Part shown: piece by piece, positions 40,396 through 50,151 of the stretch
Layout: every line of letters begins with the position of its first letter
Position numbering within the stretch: position 1 is the stretch's first letter
DNA from: a virus
IMG/VR virus record: IMGVR_UViG_3300042868_009489
Length of the DNA: 64,000 nt
Direction: 5' to 3' (one strand)
Made by a program: the position numbers and the translations under genes
The notes under the pieces: generated by a model
Told to the model about the DNA's origin: nothing
Database searches by the model: none
What the model saw: the letters and a program-made list of their open reading frames with translations, nothing else

Positions 40396-41032
40396 TTATA
40401 TGTATTCTCCAAACTTTTTTATTTCTCTTCCTGGAACTCCGACTACAGTAGCACCATCACTTACATTTTCTATCACAACAGTCCCTGCTCCAAGCGTACA
40501 GTTGCTACCTACATTTTTGAAATTGATAATAACACTACCTGCTCCTATGGAAGTTTGCGTGCCAACATTAACATCCCCGCATATTCTAGCTCCAGGACTT
40601 ATGGTGCAAAAGTCTCCTATTGAACTAGATTGATTTATAGATGCCGCTGTATTTATGTGCACGTGTATACCAAGCGTAACTTTGGTTGTCAGTACTGAAT
40701 ATGGACCCATGGTTAGCCCGTTACCATACTGACAATGGGTTCCGATTACAGCTGTTTCGTGGATAAGGTTTGCTGCTCGATCTATTCTTTGTATATTTGA
40801 TTCTACATTTTCTCTTATCTTAGGAGAGTTAATCGCTATTGTATATTTTAGATTGGGATATTTTTCTAATAAGGAATTAACAATAGATATATTGCCGATT
40901 ATATTGCTATCATTTAAGGATAGATTGTCATCTAAATATCCTATGATATTCCAATCATTATACTTATCAGAAGATGATAGATATTCTAAGTCCTTAGAGT
41001 GTCCACCAGCTCCGAATAATAATTAAATCCAT
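40396..41032 (-). CDS. NeuD/PglD-like sugar O-acetyltransferase, recoded (CGGA at 41014..41011)
   Basis: Quadruplet reading gives MDLIII-G-AGGHSKDLEYLSSSD... followed by left-handed beta-helix repeats of ORF 40396..40710. 0-frame stops after 12 codons. Length 637 = 3x212+1. Confidence 0.85.
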
Positions 41033-41036
41033 ATAG

Positions 41037-41759
41037 TTACCAAATAAAAAGATATGATCCAAAACTATTAGGTATGTCTTTTCTATCAACCTCTTCACCA
41101 TTTTCGTCTAAGATCGATTTAACCTTAGATAGATCATTAAGAAGATCTTCCATTAACGCATCTCCGTTTGTAAAAAACGGACTATGCACAGATAATAGGA
41201 GTGGTATCTTATAAGCATCTAAAACGCTTATGTATTCTCTAACTAAACTAAATTCATGTCCTTCAATATCTATTTTAATTAAAGAAAAATCTCCCATAGA
41301 AACTAAAGTATCTAATCCTATTGTTTCCGTTGCATTAGAGCCTAAGTTTTTTTCTGAAACTCTAGTCATCGAATCACCAAAGAACTTACTAGACTGTAAA
41401 AAAACTTGATCCAGTCTCGAAGCTGCCTTATTAAGGGCATCGATGTTCTTTATAGAGTTAAGAGATATATTCTTCTCTAGTATTTTAAATGCTACAGGAT
41501 CTGGCTCAACGGCGATTACTCTTCTCGAAAGGAATGATCCATATATAGCAGTTGGCCCAACCCAAGCTCCTATATCTAAATAATCTTTATCCTTAGATAA
41601 ATAACTATCTAAAACTTTAAAAGTTTCTGGCTCCCAGGAAGAATATTTTTCTGACCAAAAATTGTAACCAGTATCTTGATGAAGTTCAAAGCTATCTTCT
41701 ACTGTAAAAGATGTGTTATTTTTTGTTACAGATATATTGTTTGACATTACAAAAACCAT
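41037..41759 (-). CDS. FkbM-family methyltransferase
   Basis: DYLDIGAWVGPTAIYGSFLSRRVIAVEPDPVAFKILEKN...LVSMGDFSLIKIDIEGHE. Confidence 0.85.
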   Translation of the reverse strand: MVFVMSNNISVTKNNTSFTVEDSFELHQDTGYNFWSEKYSSWEPETFKVLDSYLSKDKDYLDIGAWVGPTAIYGSFLSRRVIAVEPDPVAFKILEKNISLNSIKNIDALNKAASRLDQVFLQSSKFFGDSMTRVSEKNLGSNATETIGLDTLVSMGDFSLIKIDIEGHEFSLVREYISVLDAYKIPLLLSVHSPFFTNGDALMEDLLNDLSKVKSILDENGEEVDRKDIPNSFGSYLFIW

Positions 41760-42403
41760 CCTTCGCTTCTTCTTCCGCCTATGTGGGTAACTAATGGTTT
41801 ATCGTATATTTGTCCATAAAAACCAAATTTATAATCTTGATTTATAGAGTGTACTTTTGCTGTAAACTCAGACTCCCCACCGTGATCTGGCCAACCCATC
41901 TTAACGGTAGACATAGGATACAGGCATGGGTTTAATGTGAACAGTCTACTGTGCTCAAAGTAATCATCTTTCTGATGGTAGTCCTCAAGATGTTGAAAAA
42001 CAAATCCACCTACTTCTTCTTCTGGTGGATTAACTGAAGCACGGACTAGAGCCATCTGAACAAGATCAGAATTTTCTTTTAACAAAGATGCCATGTGATC
42101 TATGTCTATGGATTTTTCAAATAAAAAATCATCTTCTAGATGTAATACATAATCAACTTCTGGATTGACAGATTCCCAAGCTGATTGTACTGCCCCAGCT
42201 AGTCCTCTTCTGTTTTCATGTGAAACTACATCGAATCCAGGAAACTTATTAACTAAAAACTGATGATATCTATAATCACCAGAATCATTGATTATTAACT
42301 TTTCAAAAAAAGTATAATTAATGGTTTGATTAAACCTATCTATAGTTTGTTCAATACAAGATTGTCTTCCATCAGTAATTACTACTAAAGATACTTTATT
42401 CAT
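41747..42403 (-). CDS. family 2-like glycosyltransferase
   Basis: LVVITDGRQSCIEQTIDRF...NSGD-like NDSGDY...VLHLEDDFLF. Confidence 0.65.
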   Translation of the reverse strand: MNKVSLVVITDGRQSCIEQTIDRFNQTINYTFFEKLIINDSGDYRYHQFLVNKFPGFDVVSHENRRGLAGAVQSAWESVNPEVDYVLHLEDDFLFEKSIDIDHMASLLKENSDLVQMALVRASVNPPEEEVGGFVFQHLEDYHQKDDYFEHSRLFTLNPCLYPMSTVKMGWPDHGGESEFTAKVHSINQDYKFGFYGQIYDKPLVTHIGGRRSEGWFL

Positions 42404-43284
42404 AAAGGTAATTCCCTTATTGGAGTAGGACTAAATATTAATGAACCAGTATCTCCTTTAACCAAAACATTATCTTCATAATATTTAGTTAAGCCACCAA
42501 TGCCATCTGATTCATATATCTTAAAATGTTCTGCCCAAGCAGCACCGTTGTATAAATCAGCTCCAGGACCAAGAGCCTTACACGATTCATAAGCATTTAG
42601 TATTTTTTTCATAAAGTGATCTAACGATCTCCATTGAAAATGTCTAATCTCTATAAGTTGAGGGCCAAAAATGATCTTATCATGACCGTAGTCATCTATT
42701 ACAGTCTTGATGTTAGTGCCAATATCCCAACCATTGTGTTGTACAAAATGATTTCCATTAGAAATTTTTACAAAACCATCACTGTCTCTAAATCTAAAAC
42801 AGCTCTTGTGATTAGTTGGCAGTGGCCACTTCCAATTCATTGTATGAAACGGTGACAAACCTTCTAGATCGCTATCTGTAATTGAATGGTTCGTATACAA
42901 AACCTTGTACGCATCAACTGAATCTTGCGTTAGTAAATCAAAAGCTTCTTGCAATGTCCTATCATGCGCATGCCAAATCTCATCAATGTCAAAAGGAATT
43001 ACCCACTCAGCACCGTGTTGCCTTGCTATAGATGCCAAGTTGCTCATCTTATCGGATTGGTTATAAGCCACAACATTATCTTCTAAAATTATTATCTGTA
43101 TATCTGGATTGTATTTATTTATTTTAGTCTTAGCTTCTTTTATCTTTTCTCTAGTGTTATCTTTGGAAAGATTATCAGCAATGATAATGCCAGCTGCACC
43201 ATTTGCAGCAAAGTGATACATCGTATGATCTATAATATCACCTTCATCTTTGGCCATTCCTATAGCCCAAAAATTAGTTGCCAT
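42400..43284 (-). CDS. glycosyltransferase (PF13704-like)
   Basis: AIGMAKDEGDIIDHTMYHF...GIIIADNLSKDNTREKI...EWVIPFDIDEIW. Confidence 0.75.
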   Translation of the reverse strand: MATNFWAIGMAKDEGDIIDHTMYHFAANGAAGIIIADNLSKDNTREKIKEAKTKINKYNPDIQIIILEDNVVAYNQSDKMSNLASIARQHGAEWVIPFDIDEIWHAHDRTLQEAFDLLTQDSVDAYKVLYTNHSITDSDLEGLSPFHTMNWKWPLPTNHKSCFRFRDSDGFVKISNGNHFVQHNGWDIGTNIKTVIDDYGHDKIIFGPQLIEIRHFQWRSLDHFMKKILNAYESCKALGPGADLYNGAAWAEHFKIYESDGIGGLTKYYEDNVLVKGDTGSLIFSPTPIRELPL

Positions 43285-44013
43285 TTAAAACTGTTCTCCA
43301 GTCGGACTTAGTCCATTTGTCATATTCCATTGAACTGAATTTTCCCTATACATCTTAGCCTGAAGAGGTTCATCCGTATCTATTGGATAGAATAGATATC
43401 CAGCTTTTTCTAGCCTATCATAGAAAGCTGCGTCTGCCCCTGACCAACACCATGACTCATCATTCCAACCACCTACATCGTAGAAGGCTTTTCTACTAGT
43501 CGCAACCTGATTATGATCGAGCTTATCAGCACCTCGTATTAAGGCGGTGCGAAAAAATCTTACTCCCCTACCTTCTATCCCTCCACCGTCAATATTGCCA
43601 GAGGTGTCAACTATATGCTGTGCACAAAAAAATACGTCATAATCAAATTTTAATGCGTATTCCATCATTTTTGTAATCATTTTTGGGTAAAAGTAATCAT
43701 CATCAGCAAGATAAAATAAGTATTCTCCAGTGGAATATTCTCTAACTGCTAAATTAATTTGAGTTGCATAGCGTGCAGTTTTTAGTCTATCTTCATCTTT
43801 AATAAAGGAATTGAATGAAATAATTCTTTGATCAGAATATGAATTTATAACATTCCAAACATCAGGATTTGGTGAATTATCATCAGCAATGATAATCTCA
43901 AGATTAGCGTAGTCTTGAATAAGACATGATTCAATCGCTCTCTTTAAGTATTCTGGCTTATTATAGCTCGTTACAATAACCGATGCTTTTTTGTTTGTCA
44001 TAGTGGTTACCAT
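43285..44013 (-). CDS. GT2 glycosyltransferase
   Basis: ASVIVTSYNKPEYLKRAIESCLIQDYANLEIIIADDNSP. Confidence 0.85.
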   Translation of the reverse strand: MVTTMTNKKASVIVTSYNKPEYLKRAIESCLIQDYANLEIIIADDNSPNPDVWNVINSYSDQRIISFNSFIKDEDRLKTARYATQINLAVREYSTGEYLFYLADDDYFYPKMITKMMEYALKFDYDVFFCAQHIVDTSGNIDGGGIEGRGVRFFRTALIRGADKLDHNQVATSRKAFYDVGGWNDESWCWSGADAAFYDRLEKAGYLFYPIDTDEPLQAKMYRENSVQWNMTNGLSPTGEQF

Positions 44014-44021
44014 TATATCAT

Positions 44022-44810
44022 CTATCCAAACTTAGTCGTAATTACATTGCCATTAATCTGATCATCTGGTGGCATCTGTCTTCTGACCAACATTCTTTGC
44101 ACCCATCTGTCGGTGCCATCATACCTTGCTTGAAATGGTTTGCGACCATGAATAACAGTAGAGTTATCTATGACTAATAGGTCTCCTGTTTTTAAAACAA
44201 TTTCTCTAGTACATTTTTGTATGGCATAATTAAGTTCAGCTAAGGCCATATTAGCGTACTCATTTATTCCGCGCATGAAAAAGTTATCATATGTTATCGT
44301 CATCTTGTCATCGACCTCAGAAAGGATTGGCATGATGAATTCTTTTTGTGGCTCACCTTTGGTCCTAAAGCTATCATCAACTGCAGTTCTATACCAAGGC
44401 TGCTTTAATGATTTTACAACTTCACTAGAAAGTGATTCAATAATTTCATTAACATTAGCATAAGTAGTTGCAGCTTTATCATCGCCCCTTAAGCAAAGGA
44501 GTAATACATAGTCTGGCTTATAGGGATGAAAAGCGCTCTCTGTATGAAGAGCCAGTTCTACCTTAGAAGAAGTAGATATTTGCTGCTCTTCTGTTTTGTG
44601 AACGGGAAGAATATTTTGAACCAGTTGTCCGTTTTGTTCTTGAGCATAAGCAATAGGGTAACCCAACTGATGTGCATAGTGCAATAGGGTTCTTGAGGAT
44701 TCTTTTGAAGACTGCTCTTTAACCGAAGAAGGAAAAAGGGTGACTGGTGTTTTTGGAACAAATCCAATTCCAACACCACCATGTAAAAATATTCCTTTAT
44801 CCCTGAGCAT
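44022..44810 (-). CDS. TauD/clavaminate-synthase-like oxygenase
   Basis: VELALHTESAFHPYKPDYVLLLCLRG...GDLLVIDNSTVIHGRKPFQARYDGTDRWVQRMLV. Confidence 0.75.
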   Translation of the reverse strand: MLRDKGIFLHGGVGIGFVPKTPVTLFPSSVKEQSSKESSRTLLHYAHQLGYPIAYAQEQNGQLVQNILPVHKTEEQQISTSSKVELALHTESAFHPYKPDYVLLLCLRGDDKAATTYANVNEIIESLSSEVVKSLKQPWYRTAVDDSFRTKGEPQKEFIMPILSEVDDKMTITYDNFFMRGINEYANMALAELNYAIQKCTREIVLKTGDLLVIDNSTVIHGRKPFQARYDGTDRWVQRMLVRRQMPPDDQINGNVITTKFG

Positions 44811-45018
44811 TACCCAGCACCTTGTGTAGAAGGAAATAAAGTCTTACTAAATCTTTTTGAGAAATACTAAAAACAAAATCTTTATTCTCTCTAGTATTTA
44901 CAGTAAGAGAATGGGCGTGGATTAATTCACCTTCAGTATTAATCATTTCCATAACTTGAGAAACATTAACCTGCTTTATCATCGGCATGTAGCCGCTATA
45001 GCTTTGTTCTTCAGTCAT
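44797..45018 (-). CDS. hypothetical protein
   Basis: 73 aa ORF overlapping the next gene start. Confidence 0.5.
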   Translation of the reverse strand: MTEEQSYSGYMPMIKQVNVSQVMEMINTEGELIHAHSLTVNTRENKDFVFSISQKDLVRLYFLLHKVLGNAQG

Positions 45019-45208
45019 GCTACAAATTATAGCATATGTTGGTGTTACTTTTTCTTTTTAGCAGCTCTCATATTATCTATTAAATTAGGATATGGTCGAC
45101 CTGCTGCTTTTGCCATTGCTTTTGCGGAAGCTTTTTTCTTAGGCGAAAGCTTCTTTGGCTTCTTGCTTGGACTAGGGGTATTCCAAACTGCTATTTTTTT
45201 TGCCGCCA

Positions 45209-45415
45209 TTATTTTACCAATCTAAGAATAAGATATATTTCAACTGCATGAAGCGCAAAATAAACAAAGTTTAAACCCCAACCTTTAAAAGAGTTTTTGT
45301 TTATATGCCAGTGCATATCGTGCGGGCTTTCAACTCTTCTATCTTCGCGATGATTCTTTTTTGGTGAACATTCTTCGCCACTATCCTGATGGTGGCTTTC
45401 ATTTGTGCAATGCAT
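45209..45415 (-). CDS. small His-rich hypothetical protein
   Basis: 68 aa ORF. Confidence 0.4.
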   Translation of the reverse strand: MHCTNESHHQDSGEECSPKKNHREDRRVESPHDMHWHINKNSFKGWGLNFVYFALHAVEIYLILRLVK

Positions 45416-45417
45416 AA

Positions 45418-45621
45418 TTATTTTCCTTTACTTATTTTTCTAAGAGTCTTCGCAAGTGATGCTTGCTTACGAGTAAGTGGGCTGTACTTACCTGGATTCT
45501 TCGATACGGCAGCTGCCATACCTGCTACAGATTTGCCGGCCTTCTTAGCCTTAGCTGTGAAAGCTCCCGGTCTTTTAATTGCTCCAGCAATCCATTTCTT
45601 ATCTGATTTTTTACTTGCCAT
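45418..45621 (-). CDS. small Lys/Ala-rich protein
   Basis: 67 aa ORF. Confidence 0.5.
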   Translation of the reverse strand: MASKKSDKKWIAGAIKRPGAFTAKAKKAGKSVAGMAAAVSKNPGKYSPLTRKQASLAKTLRKISKGK

Positions 45622-45630
45622 CTTTTATTC

Positions 45631-45897
45631 CTATTTCTTTTTATAATTATATTTAGCTATTGTTCTTTTTGTTTTATTTGACGTTTTAGGTTTACCCCCA
45701 AAAGCTTTTATTATATCTTTATAAAACACTTTTTGATCCGTAGACCATGTTACGGTTGGTACGGGATTAAAATCTTTCGTGTCTGGAACTGCTTTATAGA
45801 GATTAGACTTCATATCAGAAGTCTGTTTCTTATAAGAAGAGCCGGTAGAAAATCTACCAAAAGAATCCTTATTAGGATTGCCCTTTTTACTTGCCAT
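45631..45897 (-). CDS. small basic protein
   Basis: 88 aa ORF. Confidence 0.5.
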   Translation of the reverse strand: MASKKGNPNKDSFGRFSTGSSYKKQTSDMKSNLYKAVPDTKDFNPVPTVTWSTDQKVFYKDIIKAFGGKPKTSNKTKRTIAKYNYKKK

Positions 45898-46216
45898 CTC
45901 TAACTTTTTCTCCTGTTTTAAATCTTACATCATCTATATCAAACTTGCCTACTGCATGATCTCTGATGTGAGTATCAAGCTTACCTTCTATTCTATCAAC
46001 AGAATCATTTGTTTTGTCAATTGAGCGGCCAAGACTTTTCCCCAGTTGCTGGATCATTGATACAACAGTTGCATGGTCTGCTTTGTTCTGTGCCCATTCA
46101 GCCTTGGCTTCTTCGCCGCGCTTTTTCCCAGCCTTAAAAACAAATTGTAGATATGCTACAGCAACGAGACTGCTTGCAGTAATTAAAGCTACGATAATAT
46201 TTTGCCAGTTAGTCAT
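45887..46216 (-). CDS. holin-like or spanin-like single-TM coiled-coil protein
   Basis: NIIVALITASSLVAVAYLQFVF TM next to the endolysin. Confidence 0.5.
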   Translation of the reverse strand: MTNWQNIIVALITASSLVAVAYLQFVFKAGKKRGEEAKAEWAQNKADHATVVSMIQQLGKSLGRSIDKTNDSVDRIEGKLDTHIRDHAVGKFDIDDVRFKTGEKVRDGK

Positions 46217-46252
46217 GTCAGCTGCTGGAGTAATTAGGGTTTCAGCACCGGA

Positions 46253-47007
46253 TCACTTAAGGCCAAGCAGTTCTTTTACCTTTGGTCCAACAACTGAGTC
46301 AGCTGCCAGCTTATTAGCTACTTTGAATGCCCTCACTGCCGCATCTGTCGCAGCATCTTTTACACCGTTGATTTCACCCTTATAGAATCCCTTGGCCTTC
46401 AGAGCCTCTTGTAGGGCTTTGTGGTCGTGGATAGGAGGTGTTGTGTTTAAGTTGACAACTGGTGCAGCGCCGCCCGTAAAAGCTGCAACTGCAGCTGGAA
46501 CATTATCACCTGATACATAACGTAAATGCCATGGCTCTTCTGGAACTACTTCCCAGGAAAAACCAAAATCTTTAACATTAGCTATCAACCAATTAAGGCG
46601 CTTAGGATTGCCAGCATCACTGACATCAACTGCAATTCCGTAAGTTATGTTGACTGGAGCCCGGAGCAGCCAAAGGAGCGTTGCCCTTCTTTAGATACCA
46701 TTTTTTACCTTCATAAGTTCTTGTGCTTGAGCCGGCGATTTCTGCCAACTGATAGCGTTGCATAAAGCCAGCAAGTTGCTGCTCCAGAGTTCTATAGGTA
46801 TCTCCGTGAAGAAGTCGGCTTTAGTTCAACGCCTTCAGCTTTAGCTTTCGCTACCATAGCTAGCCACGCATTGGCGGCAAGTCTGTGTAGCTTTCCCCCA
46901 CCTGGTATTGGCACTAAGAGATTAGCAGGTAACTTTCCTGGTGTTATTCCCTTTAGATCTGCGGGTAACTTAACGGGAACAATATAGTCCCATGCAACTT
47001 TGCTCAT
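46253..47007 (-). CDS. M15 D-Ala-D-Ala carboxypeptidase endolysin with C-terminal peptidoglycan-binding domain, recoded twice (CGGA at 46806..46803 and 46640..46637)
   Basis: Quadruplet reading gives ...EGVELKPTSS-G-DTYRTLEQQLAGFMQRYQLAEIAGSSTRTYEGKKWYLKKGNAPLAAPGSSQHNL-G-IAVDVSDAGNPKRLNWLIANVKDFGFSWEVVPEEPWHLRYV.... Length 755 = 3x251+2. Confidence 0.9.
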
Positions 47008-47052
47008 GATTATCTCCTATAGAGTAGGTAAAATATATAGTAACATGTATAA

Positions 47053-47089
47053 AAAAAATCCCCACCTAAAAAATAGATGGGGATTTTTT
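47053..47089. terminator. bidirectional rho-independent terminator
   Basis: aaaaaatcccca...tggggatttttt inverted repeat. Confidence 0.7.
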
Positions 47090-47094
47090 AAAAA

Positions 47095-47241
47095 CTACTT
47101 TTTATTTCTTGACTTCGAAGAAGCTTCCTTGCCTTTTGGCATTGTTTTCTTCAATGGAAAAATAGTCTGCATCATTGGCTTACCGGCTAAGGATGCGGTC
47201 TGCATTGAGTCCGACTGCTTCTTCTTCTTTTTCATAGCCAT
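47095..47241 (-). CDS. small Lys-rich protein (48 aa)
   Basis: MAMKKKKKQSDSMQTASLAGKPMMQTIFPLKKTMPKGKEASSKSRNKK; shorter than the ORF-track cutoff. Confidence 0.5.
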   Translation of the reverse strand: MAMKKKKKQSDSMQTASLAGKPMMQTIFPLKKTMPKGKEASSKSRNKK

Positions 47242-47245
47242 TATA

Positions 47246-47374
47246 TTACTTCTTCTTCTTTTTAGCCATAGCTGCCTGGATAAATGGTGGAAGCTTCTTT
47301 TGAGCGGCAGTCATGCCACCCTTTGCTGCTGGAGCCTTCTTTGCTGCTGCTGGTGCTTTCTTTTTCATTGCCAT
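47246..47374 (-). CDS. small Lys/Ala-rich protein (42 aa)
   Basis: MAMKKKAPAAAKKAPAAKGGMTAAQKKLPPFIQAAMAKKKKK. Confidence 0.5.
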   Translation of the reverse strand: MAMKKKAPAAAKKAPAAKGGMTAAQKKLPPFIQAAMAKKKKK

Positions 47375-47431
47375 TGTTTTCTCCTATTTGTTTTTTATAA
47401 AATATATTACCCTTTTGATAATATAAAGATA

Positions 47432-47695
47432 TTAGCAGTCCCACTTACGTAATGCAAGTGCTTTGCGTGTTGGTTTGCCATTAGGTTTTTTCATTGCGCC
47501 CGGCATACCGCCCATTCGTGCACAAAAAGACTTGCGTCGTGCGGCAGACTTGGGTGACTTCTTAGCTTGCTTAGCAGACACTGGTGGCTTAAGTGTGCCA
47601 CCTGTTTGTGCTTTGTATGATGCACGTCCTTTGGCGTTTAAACCACCTTCAGGATTCTTACCTGCTTTTCTTTGCCATGCTGCTGACTTAGCCAT
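47432..47695 (-). CDS. small basic phage protein
   Basis: SAARRKSFCARMGGMPGAMKKPNGKPTRKALALRKWDC, a motif recurrent in phage genomes. Confidence 0.65.
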   Translation of the reverse strand: MAKSAAWQRKAGKNPEGGLNAKGRASYKAQTGGTLKPPVSAKQAKKSPKSAARRKSFCARMGGMPGAMKKPNGKPTRKALALRKWDC

Positions 47696-47845
47696 TACTT
47701 CTTACCCTTTTTCTTATTTGTACTTTTTTTCTTAATAGAAGTCTTCTTAACTGGTTTTTCTCCTGGCATTACGATGCCAGTCATTCTATTGTTGGTTCCC
47801 ATTCTAGGACCACTAACGTATACAAAACTTTTCATAGTTGCCATT

Positions 47846-48529
47846 TTATTCTCCAAAACCTTTCACAGCTTCTAAGATTGCATTATTCTTAGGAAGAGTA
47901 TTCGCAATTAAAGTAGTTTTTCTAAACCAGCTTAATTGTATAGTATACCTAGTACCGCATTTTACCTCTTTTACAGCATGCAGATACATGGAATTTGTTG
48001 GAAACGTTATTAAGTCACCAAGTTTAGGTTTTATAGTTAAATCAAATTCTGGAAAAAATAATTCTCCGCCCTCATAGTCATCGTTTAAATATAGTAAAGA
48101 AGAGTAATCACACAAAAATCCAGGAATGTGATTCGCCCATTCTTCTTCCGCAAATGTATCATTAAACTTCAAATCTGAATTATTATATTCACCATCGGAA
48201 TGGACTGATAGAAAATCGCCAACTCGCCATGCTCTTCCCCAAAGAGGAGTTGCTAAATAAAATCTTTGACCAAAAGTGTACTCAACATATTGTTCTAATT
48301 TTAGAATAAATGAATTTAAAACAGTTGTGTTTGAATCATCAAATAAAAAATATTCGAGAGAGACCGGGCTTCCATCCTTCTTATTATCATTGCCTCCGTC
48401 ATTGGGGTCATTGATAATAACGATTTCTTTAGAAGATGTATTTTTTAATATATCTAAAATAGTATCTATTTCTTTTTTATCTATAAAATTGTTTTCAATA
48501 ACAATATTTTTTAAAGACGCCGGATACAT
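47846..48529 (-). CDS. 2OG-Fe(II) oxygenase
   Basis: DFLSVHSDGEY...SLLYLNDDYEGGELFFPEFDLTIKPKLGDLITFPTNSMYLHAVKEVKCGTRY. Confidence 0.8.
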   Translation of the reverse strand: MYPASLKNIVIENNFIDKKEIDTILDILKNTSSKEIVIINDPNDGGNDNKKDGSPVSLEYFLFDDSNTTVLNSFILKLEQYVEYTFGQRFYLATPLWGRAWRVGDFLSVHSDGEYNNSDLKFNDTFAEEEWANHIPGFLCDYSSLLYLNDDYEGGELFFPEFDLTIKPKLGDLITFPTNSMYLHAVKEVKCGTRYTIQLSWFRKTTLIANTLPKNNAILEAVKGFGE

Positions 48530-48604
48530 GTTTCTACTTTATTTTTTTATCGATAACCTCTAGTAGGTCATAGACCTTTAACCAGATTTTCCATAGTAGT
48601 GTCA

Positions 48605-48679
48605 TCATTTTTGTTTCTCTTCTGGTGGCTTTGGTGTCTGACTATTTTTAAAAACTTTTCTAGCTTTTGCTAAAGACAT
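48605..48679 (-). CDS. 24 aa basic peptide
   Basis: MSLAKARKVFKNSQTPKPPEEKQK. Confidence 0.3.
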   Translation of the reverse strand: MSLAKARKVFKNSQTPKPPEEKQK

Positions 48680-48701
48680 AACCCTCCTGATATATTGAAA
48701 A

Positions 48702-48725
48702 AGACCCCCAGCAAGCTGGGGGTCT
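48702..48725 (-). terminator. rho-independent terminator
   Basis: agacccccagc-aa-gctgggggtct; the minus strand continues TTTTT. Confidence 0.85.
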
Positions 48726-48733
48726 CAATCTAA

Positions 48734-48967
48734 TTACTTGGTCTTCTTTATTTTTGTTTCGCTAGCTCTTGCAGCATCTTCTGGACGTGGTCCAACTTTC
48801 TTGGCTACAGCCTTCTTAGCAGGAGCCTTCTTAGCTGGAGCCTTCTTCACTTCTGCTACAACTTCCTCGGCTACAACCTTTGCTGCCTTAACAACAGCGT
48901 CCTTCGCAGCAGCAACTTCCGAACTACCAGAAAGGATACTTTTAATTTTATCAATTAACTTGCTCAT
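48734..48967 (-). CDS. Ala/Lys/Pro-rich histone-H1-like protein
   Basis: VKKAPAKKAPAKKAVAKKVGPRPEDAARASETKIKKTK. Confidence 0.65.
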   Translation of the reverse strand: MSKLIDKIKSILSGSSEVAAAKDAVVKAAKVVAEEVVAEVKKAPAKKAPAKKAVAKKVGPRPEDAARASETKIKKTK

Positions 48968-49032
48968 TTTTTACCTCATTAGTTTGATTAGTTTGTTTTA
49001 ATATAGTACAGTACCTGTATAGTAAATGCAAA

Positions 49033-49350
49033 TTATCTCGTCTGTTGAGACTCCTTAATCAGCTGATATCTCTCTCCCGTTTCCCTGGAAACTAAAGAGA
49101 AAGCTTCTGCTGCTGCCTCTTTAATGGCATTGGAAAAATCCTCACCATTAGAAGGATCAACCCCATTCATTGGAACTGTCAGACATGCCATTATATCCAC
49201 ATTTTCAAAGTTACCAATATTTACTTTTCTACCAACAGCAACTGTCAGCACTGGTTCTGTAGTGACAACCACTCTTTGATGTGTGGAAATAACTGCATCC
49301 ATAACTGGGTTTACAGACTGCTCAACGATACTCTCATTTATTTTTGGCAT
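49033..49350 (-). CDS. hypothetical protein
   Basis: 105 aa ORF. Confidence 0.6.
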   Translation of the reverse strand: MPKINESIVEQSVNPVMDAVISTHQRVVVTTEPVLTVAVGRKVNIGNFENVDIMACLTVPMNGVDPSNGEDFSNAIKEAAAEAFSLVSRETGERYQLIKESQQTR

Positions 49351-50144
49351 TACTCTCCTAGTGTTTCTATTTTATTTTTGACTAATTGCAGTGTAGCTTT
49401 TGCTTGATCTTCTATCGATAGATTATCAGTATTTATAATGAACGTAGATACTTCTTTTACTAAATCAATTTCTTTTTCAGAATTATGATTAAGTTGTTCA
49501 TTGGTCATAAATACGCCATCTCTTTTAAAGATTCTATCTCTTAGAATATCGTCAGAAGCTTCGTATGTGATAACCATACCGTTAGGTTGTTTTAAGATTG
49601 ATTGAGCCTCGTTAATAAAACGTACATCAGAAATGATAACACAAATAGGCGTATCCATATTGCCATCTTCTCTGGATATTTCATTAATATTTTTTCTATA
49701 TAATTCCATGCTCTTCATGACTGCCCAATGACAGAAGCATTCTGAATAATTTTCCCTGCAGATATCTCCCGCTGTCTGTAAAAAAGTTCTTGGTTTAATG
49801 CCTTCTTCTTCTATTGGAAGATCATAAATACTTTTTACCTTTTCTACAAATTCTTCGTAAGGAGGTATTGCCCCCAATGCTGTTCTTCCATATATTTCGA
49901 ATAGCACTTCATGGATAGAATACAATTTTCTAGACTTAGCATTAAAGCCTTGTATGTTTTTCTTTATGGAAGCTAATTCATAAAGAGGAAGGGCGTGGAA
50001 TATATGCTCCCATACGATTCCAGAAGAAGTTGTTTGCATTGACCCCTTGGGGCACAGTGCTTCGGCTGCAGATGTTTTACCGCTACCAGCGCGTCCTGCT
50101 AAGCCTAAGATTATCGGATTACTTTTTGAATATTTTTTCTGCAT
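49350..50144 (-). CDS. P-loop nucleotide kinase (dNMP kinase-like)
   Basis: IILGLAGRAGSGKTSAAEAL...VIISDVRFINEAQ. Confidence 0.7.
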   Translation of the reverse strand: MQKKYSKSNPIILGLAGRAGSGKTSAAEALCPKGSMQTTSSGIVWEHIFHALPLYELASIKKNIQGFNAKSRKLYSIHEVLFEIYGRTALGAIPPYEEFVEKVKSIYDLPIEEEGIKPRTFLQTAGDICRENYSECFCHWAVMKSMELYRKNINEISREDGNMDTPICVIISDVRFINEAQSILKQPNGMVITYEASDDILRDRIFKRDGVFMTNEQLNHNSEKEIDLVKEVSTFIINTDNLSIEDQAKATLQLVKNKIETLGE

Positions 50145-50151
50145 TGGGTAA

